Translations under genes and position numbers: made by a program
Assembly (NCBI GenBank): GCA_002269645.1
Contig: NIVC01000753.1
Span: 186,001-250,000, forward strand
DNA from: Macrostomum lignano
Lineage: Eukaryota
Direction: 5' to 3'
DNA length: 64,000 nucleotides
In this document: positions 58,190 to 64,000 of the stretch, piece by piece
How positions within the stretch are numbered: position 1 is the first letter of the stretch
How the letters are laid out: each line of letters begins with the position of its first letter
The notes under the pieces: generated by a model
Told to the model about the DNA's origin: nothing
What the model saw: only the letters and a program-made list of their open reading frames with translations
The model's database searches: none

Positions 58190-58715
58190 GGGAGCTGTGT
58201 CAGAAGGAGACTGTGTCAGATTACAGCTAGAAGGAGACTGTGTCAGATTGTAGCTACAGTGAGACTGTCAGATTGCAACTAGAAGGAACCTCTGTGAGAT
58301 TGCAACTAGAAGGAGCCTCTGTCAGATTGCAACTAGAAGGAGACTGTGTCAGATTACAGCTAGAAGGAGACTGTGTCAGATTACAGCTAGAAGGAGACTG
58401 TGTCAGATTGTAGCTACAGTGAGACTGTCAGATTGCAACTAGAAGGAACCTCTGTGAGATTGCAACTAGAAGGAACCTCTGTCAGATTGCAACTAGAAGG
58501 AGCCTCTGTCAGATTGCAACTAGAAGGAGCCTCTGTCAGATTGCAACTAGAAGGAGCCTCTGTCAGATTGCAACTAGAAGGAGCCTCTGTCAGATTGCAA
58601 CTAGAAGGAGCCTCTGTCAGATTGCAACTAGAAGGAGCCTCTGTCAGATTGCAACTAGAAGGAGCCTCTGTCAGATTACAACTAGAAGGAGCCTCTGTCA
58701 GATTACAGCTACAGT
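58190..58715. repeat. Minisatellite, 27-bp unit
   Basis: GTCAGATTGCAACTAGAAGGAGCCTCT, ~19 copies. Confidence 0.95.
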
Positions 58716-59064
58716 GAAACTCAAGGAAGAATGTAAAAATTAGACCAATTAGCAACTTGAATTACCTGATAGCGCCCCCGTTCAGGTCAGGTCATGCTTC
58801 AGACTGGATTCAGCAGTGATTCTTTACTATCGTTATCCGTTCGTGAAGCACGCGGGGGCCACTCAGACACGAATGGCTTTCCTTACGCAGCTTCGCTTCA
58901 AGACGGTGGAAAGGCCCTTAAGCCTTGGTCAGGAGGCTTAAGTTTCAGATTTGCGGAGATTCAAAACCTTGAAGATATTTTCGCGATCTCTCTGGTTGGA
59001 TCTCCGTCAGTAGATATCACTTGATAGATCACTTTGGGTATGTTAATTGAACAGATCTCATCAG

Positions 59065-60058
59065 ATTGACCTCTCGGATAGATCTCTACCGGATAGATCT
59101 CTACCGGATAGATCTCTCCCGGATAGATCTCCACCGGATAGATCTCCACCGGATAGATCTCCACCGGATAGATCTCCCCCGGATAGATCTCCACCGGATA
59201 GATCTTCACCGGATAGATCTCCACCGGATAGATCTCTACCAGATAGATTTCCACCGGATAGATCTCCACCGGATAGATCTCTATCGGATAGATTTCCACC
59301 CGATAGATCTCTACCGGATAGATCTCCCCCGGATAGATCTCCACCGGATAGATCTTCACCGGATAGAACTCAACCGGATAAATCTTCACCGGATAAAACT
59401 CCCTGGATAGATCTCCATGAGATTGATCTCCATCGGATAGATCTCCATCGGATGGATCCCCACTTGGATAGATCTCCCCGAGTAGATCTCCACCGGATAC
59501 ATGTGGATCTCCATTGGATAGATCTCCATCGGATAGATCTCCACCGGATAGATCTCCACTGGATAGATCTCCCCCGGATAGATCTCCACCGGATAGATCT
59601 TCACCGGATAGACCTCCATCGGATAGATCTCCATGGGATAGATCTTCATCGGATAGATCTCCACCGGATAGATCTCTACCGGATAGATTTCCACCCGATA
59701 GATCTCTACCGGATAGATCTCCCCCGGATAGATAGATCTCCACCGGATAGATCTTCACCGGATAGAACTCAACCGGATAAATCTCACCGGATAGAACTCC
59801 CTGGATAGATCTCCATGAGATTGATCTCCATCGGATAGATCTCCATCGGATGGATCCCCACTTGGATAGATCTCCCCGAGTAGATCTCCACCGGATACAT
59901 GTGGATCTCCATTGGATAGATCTCCACCGGATAGATCTCCATCGGATAGATCTCCATCGGATAGATCTCCATCGGATAGATCTCCATGGGATAGATCTCC
60001 ATTGGATAGATCTCCATCGGATAGATCTCCATGGGATAGAACTTCATCGGATGGATGG
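59065..60058. repeat. Minisatellite, 15-bp unit, with higher-order duplication
   Basis: GGATAGATCTCCACC variants. Confidence 0.95.
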
Positions 60059-60646
60059 ATTCTTTAGGAATCGAACAGGACCCAATATTAATTTTTGATC
60101 GCATGATGCGACTGCTTTACTAAGACTAAGAGAAAAGCAATTTCTAATAGACTAAATTTCTTTGCGTGCCTCATCTCTTGGTTGAAAAAAAGATGCTCGC
60201 ATTGGAGTCTTCCCTAAACCCTTCTTCTGTTAAGCCTTTCAGGTAATGAATGGCTGGCCTGTGTTTTTTGCACTTCAGCAAGTAAAGACAAGACTTCTTG
60301 TCTCTTAGAGTAGCAAGGAAGTGGCTGCACTCAGGACCAAAGAAAACAGGAAGTGGCTATAAGATGGAGAGGGAGGAAACAGAAACAAGACAGTGGAGCA
60401 GCGAAATGATGGAGAAAGGGGGATTTTCTTCCCCTACGGAAAGCTGGATCCAGTTCTACGAATCTGCTAGTACTTATTTGTGCCTAGTCAAGAAGTCATT
60501 AAATAAATAGGAAAGATTGCAGAGTGCAGAAAGCAATCAGGATAGATACCTTTCTGAGCTATGGCAGTACGGCAGTTGGTTAAGTTGCAGAGAAAAGGCA
60601 GAAGATATTCTATCCATTTTGGAGTCAAGAATATTTGAGACAAGAC

Positions 60647-61862
<1,216 letters not shown>

Positions 61863-62269
61863 GGATTAAATGAGAGAGAAGGTTGGCAGCCATGCCCAGA
61901 ACGGTTGCAGTGAGTGAAGAGAATTTGCCAATCAGAGAGCGGCTGAGGAGGGCAGGGGAGGCAACGAGAGCCGGCGCATGAAAAATCCAGAATATATTTG
62001 CCAACAAACCCAAAACTCGCCCCAGTCCTGACAACCCGCGCAAAACACCTGCCCAAGGTGAATTTTGTGCCGTACAGATTATTTGATCAAAAAACCTTCC
62101 CAACTTTTTGATCGCCCTGCTAGAAGAGTCTTTCGGCAATTGCTAGCGTTGCTTCTTTTGGCGAAGCAGCAAAGAGAAAAATTTTCGGCTTCTATTGTTA
62201 GTGAGTGCCTCACTTCGTGTTGTAAGTGCGATCAGATTTCATAAATTAAACATTATACTTCTGATATTC

Positions 62270-62365
62270 GCCATGATTCCCGCCATGATACCCACCATGA
62301 TACCCATCATAATTCCCACCATGATACCCATCATGATTCCCGCGATAAAAGTCGCCATGACCATC
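62270..62365. repeat. Short degenerate 12-bp repeat
   Basis: CATGAT(T/A)CCC(G/A)C. Confidence 0.75.
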
Positions 62366-62834
62366 CATACAGCTAATAATGATCCTCTTTTACGATAGCT
62401 ACTCCGTGACACCCATCTCTTCATCATCATAAACCGCATTGTACAGCTCTGGCAAACAGCTCTAACTTCATACAGTCCAGCCCCTCCCCTAATCCTAATC
62501 CCCTATAACTCTCCCTGTTAGTAGTTGGCGCATGCGGCTTTAGGCAAATAGTAATTAACAAATGGCTAAATATAGAGGACTCGGCCGGTGCATTTAAGCC
62601 ACATGGAAGCTGTGCTGCGCCAACCAATGCATTGTGTTGGTCACGGCCGGAAATCGTATTAACCCGCCTTCCACTATAGATGAGTTATTAAGTTATTGGG
62701 TTTGTTAAACATTGGACTAAAAGTTGGGCGAAAATATGTTAGTTGATGAGGCATTGGAGATCACAGATTCCGGTTTGTTGAATCTCTTTGGGTTCGGTTC
62801 AAGGTCCGGAAAGGATTAGGGAGGGGCCATGAAC

Positions 62835-63625
62835 GGACCAGGAAAGGACCAGGAAAGGACCAGGAAAGGACCAGGAAAGGACCAGGAAAGGACCAGGAAA
62901 GGACCATTAAAGAACCAGGAAAGGACCAGGAAAGGACCAGGAAAGGATTAGGAAAGGACCAGAAAAGGACCAGGAAAGGACCAGGAAAGGACCAGGAAAG
63001 GACCATTAAAGAACCAGGAAAGGACCAGGAAAGGACCAGGAAAGGACCAGGAAAGGACCATTAAAGAACCAGGAAAGGACCAGGAAAGGACCAGGAAAGG
63101 ACCAGGAAAGGACCATTAAAGAACCAGGAAAGGACCAGGAAAGGACCAGGAAAAGACCAGGAAAGGACCAGGAAAGGACCAGGAAAGGACCAGGAAAGGA
63201 CCAGGAAAGGACCAGGAAAGGACCAGGAAAGGACCAGGAAAGGACCATTAAAGAACCAGGAAAAGACCAGGAAAGGACCAGGAAAGGACCAGGAAAAGAC
63301 CAGGAAAGGACCAGGAAAGAACCAGGAAAAGACCAGGAAAGGACCAGGAAAGAACTAGGAAAGGACCAGGAAAGGACCAGGAAAGGACCAGGAAAGGACC
63401 AGGAAAGAACTAGGAAAGGACCAAGAAAGGACCAGGAAAGAACCAGGAAAGGACCAGGAAAGGACCAGGAAAGGACCAGGAAAGGACCAGGAAAGGACCA
63501 GGAAAGGACCAGGAAAGGACCATTAAAGAACCAGGAAAAGACCAGGAAAGGACCAGGAAAGGACCAGGAAAGGACCAGAAAAGGACCAAGAAAGGGTCAG
63601 GAAAGGGTCAAGAAAGGGTCAGAAA
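62835..63625. repeat. Minisatellite, 11-bp unit
   Basis: GGACCAGGAAA with periodic CATTAAAGAACC variants. Confidence 0.95.
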
Positions 63626-64000
63626 ATGTTATCAGCGGTCAGCGCAGTACCAATAATTTTCTGCATTGATATTAGGCATAAATATCCTAGCAACGGCCGT
63701 TCAATACTGATTTATAAAACCTCTATTCATTCAATGATATTCGAGCGAAAATGTACTTTAACTTTAGTTTCATATGAAACTAACTAGATTGCTTTATTTT
63801 CATAAGCAAGAGTAAAACAGCAAGACAGAGCTCAAAATTGAGTCCCTGTTCTCATTTATTTTTACTGTTGCCATCTGTGCAGACCGTGCGGCAGTGCAGT
63901 TAAATATGCGTGGGCTGAGCTCTTGTCCGTGTCGCATGAGCGTCTGCGACCGACAGATAACTGGAATTTAGGGATATAATGATTATTATTATCTTCTAAA

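Overview
Eukaryotic (invertebrate-type), intron-containing and very repeat-rich DNA. About 30% of the window is tandem repeat, by my rough sum of array spans. The style (GC-rich exons, poly-Q/A tracts, many private minisatellites) reminds me of a Macrostomum-like flatworm, but that is an unverified impression. Four protein genes can be assembled by hand with phase-consistent splice sites: (1) a five-finger C2H2 zinc-finger gene (-, 426-2127, 2 coding exons); (2) AP-1 complex gamma-adaptin, AP1G1 (-, 5370-16328, 8 exons, 820 aa), plus a candidate 15-nt microexon; (3) a clan-2 cytochrome P450 (+, 23953-25950, 3 exons, one GC-AG intron); (4) a GPI-anchored 3xIg + 1xFN3 adhesion protein with Klingon/Wrapper-like architecture (-, 28989-50385, 8 exons, 513 aa). 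Interspersed elements include a MITE with a 9-bp TSD, a deleted Tc1/mariner-like element, tRNA-derived SINEs, a (CAGA)n-linked repeat, and decayed mariner/LINE fragments. The most striking signal is that introns are inflated by locus-specific minisatellites, and two of these are tandem amplifications of the exon/intron junction itself. One puts about 70 consensus CAG|GTGAGT donors in a single AP1G1 intron; the other puts about 20 copies with +5 G>C in an intron of the Ig gene. Most long ORFs in the supplied track are repeat artefacts. All alignments were done by eye; no database searches were run.
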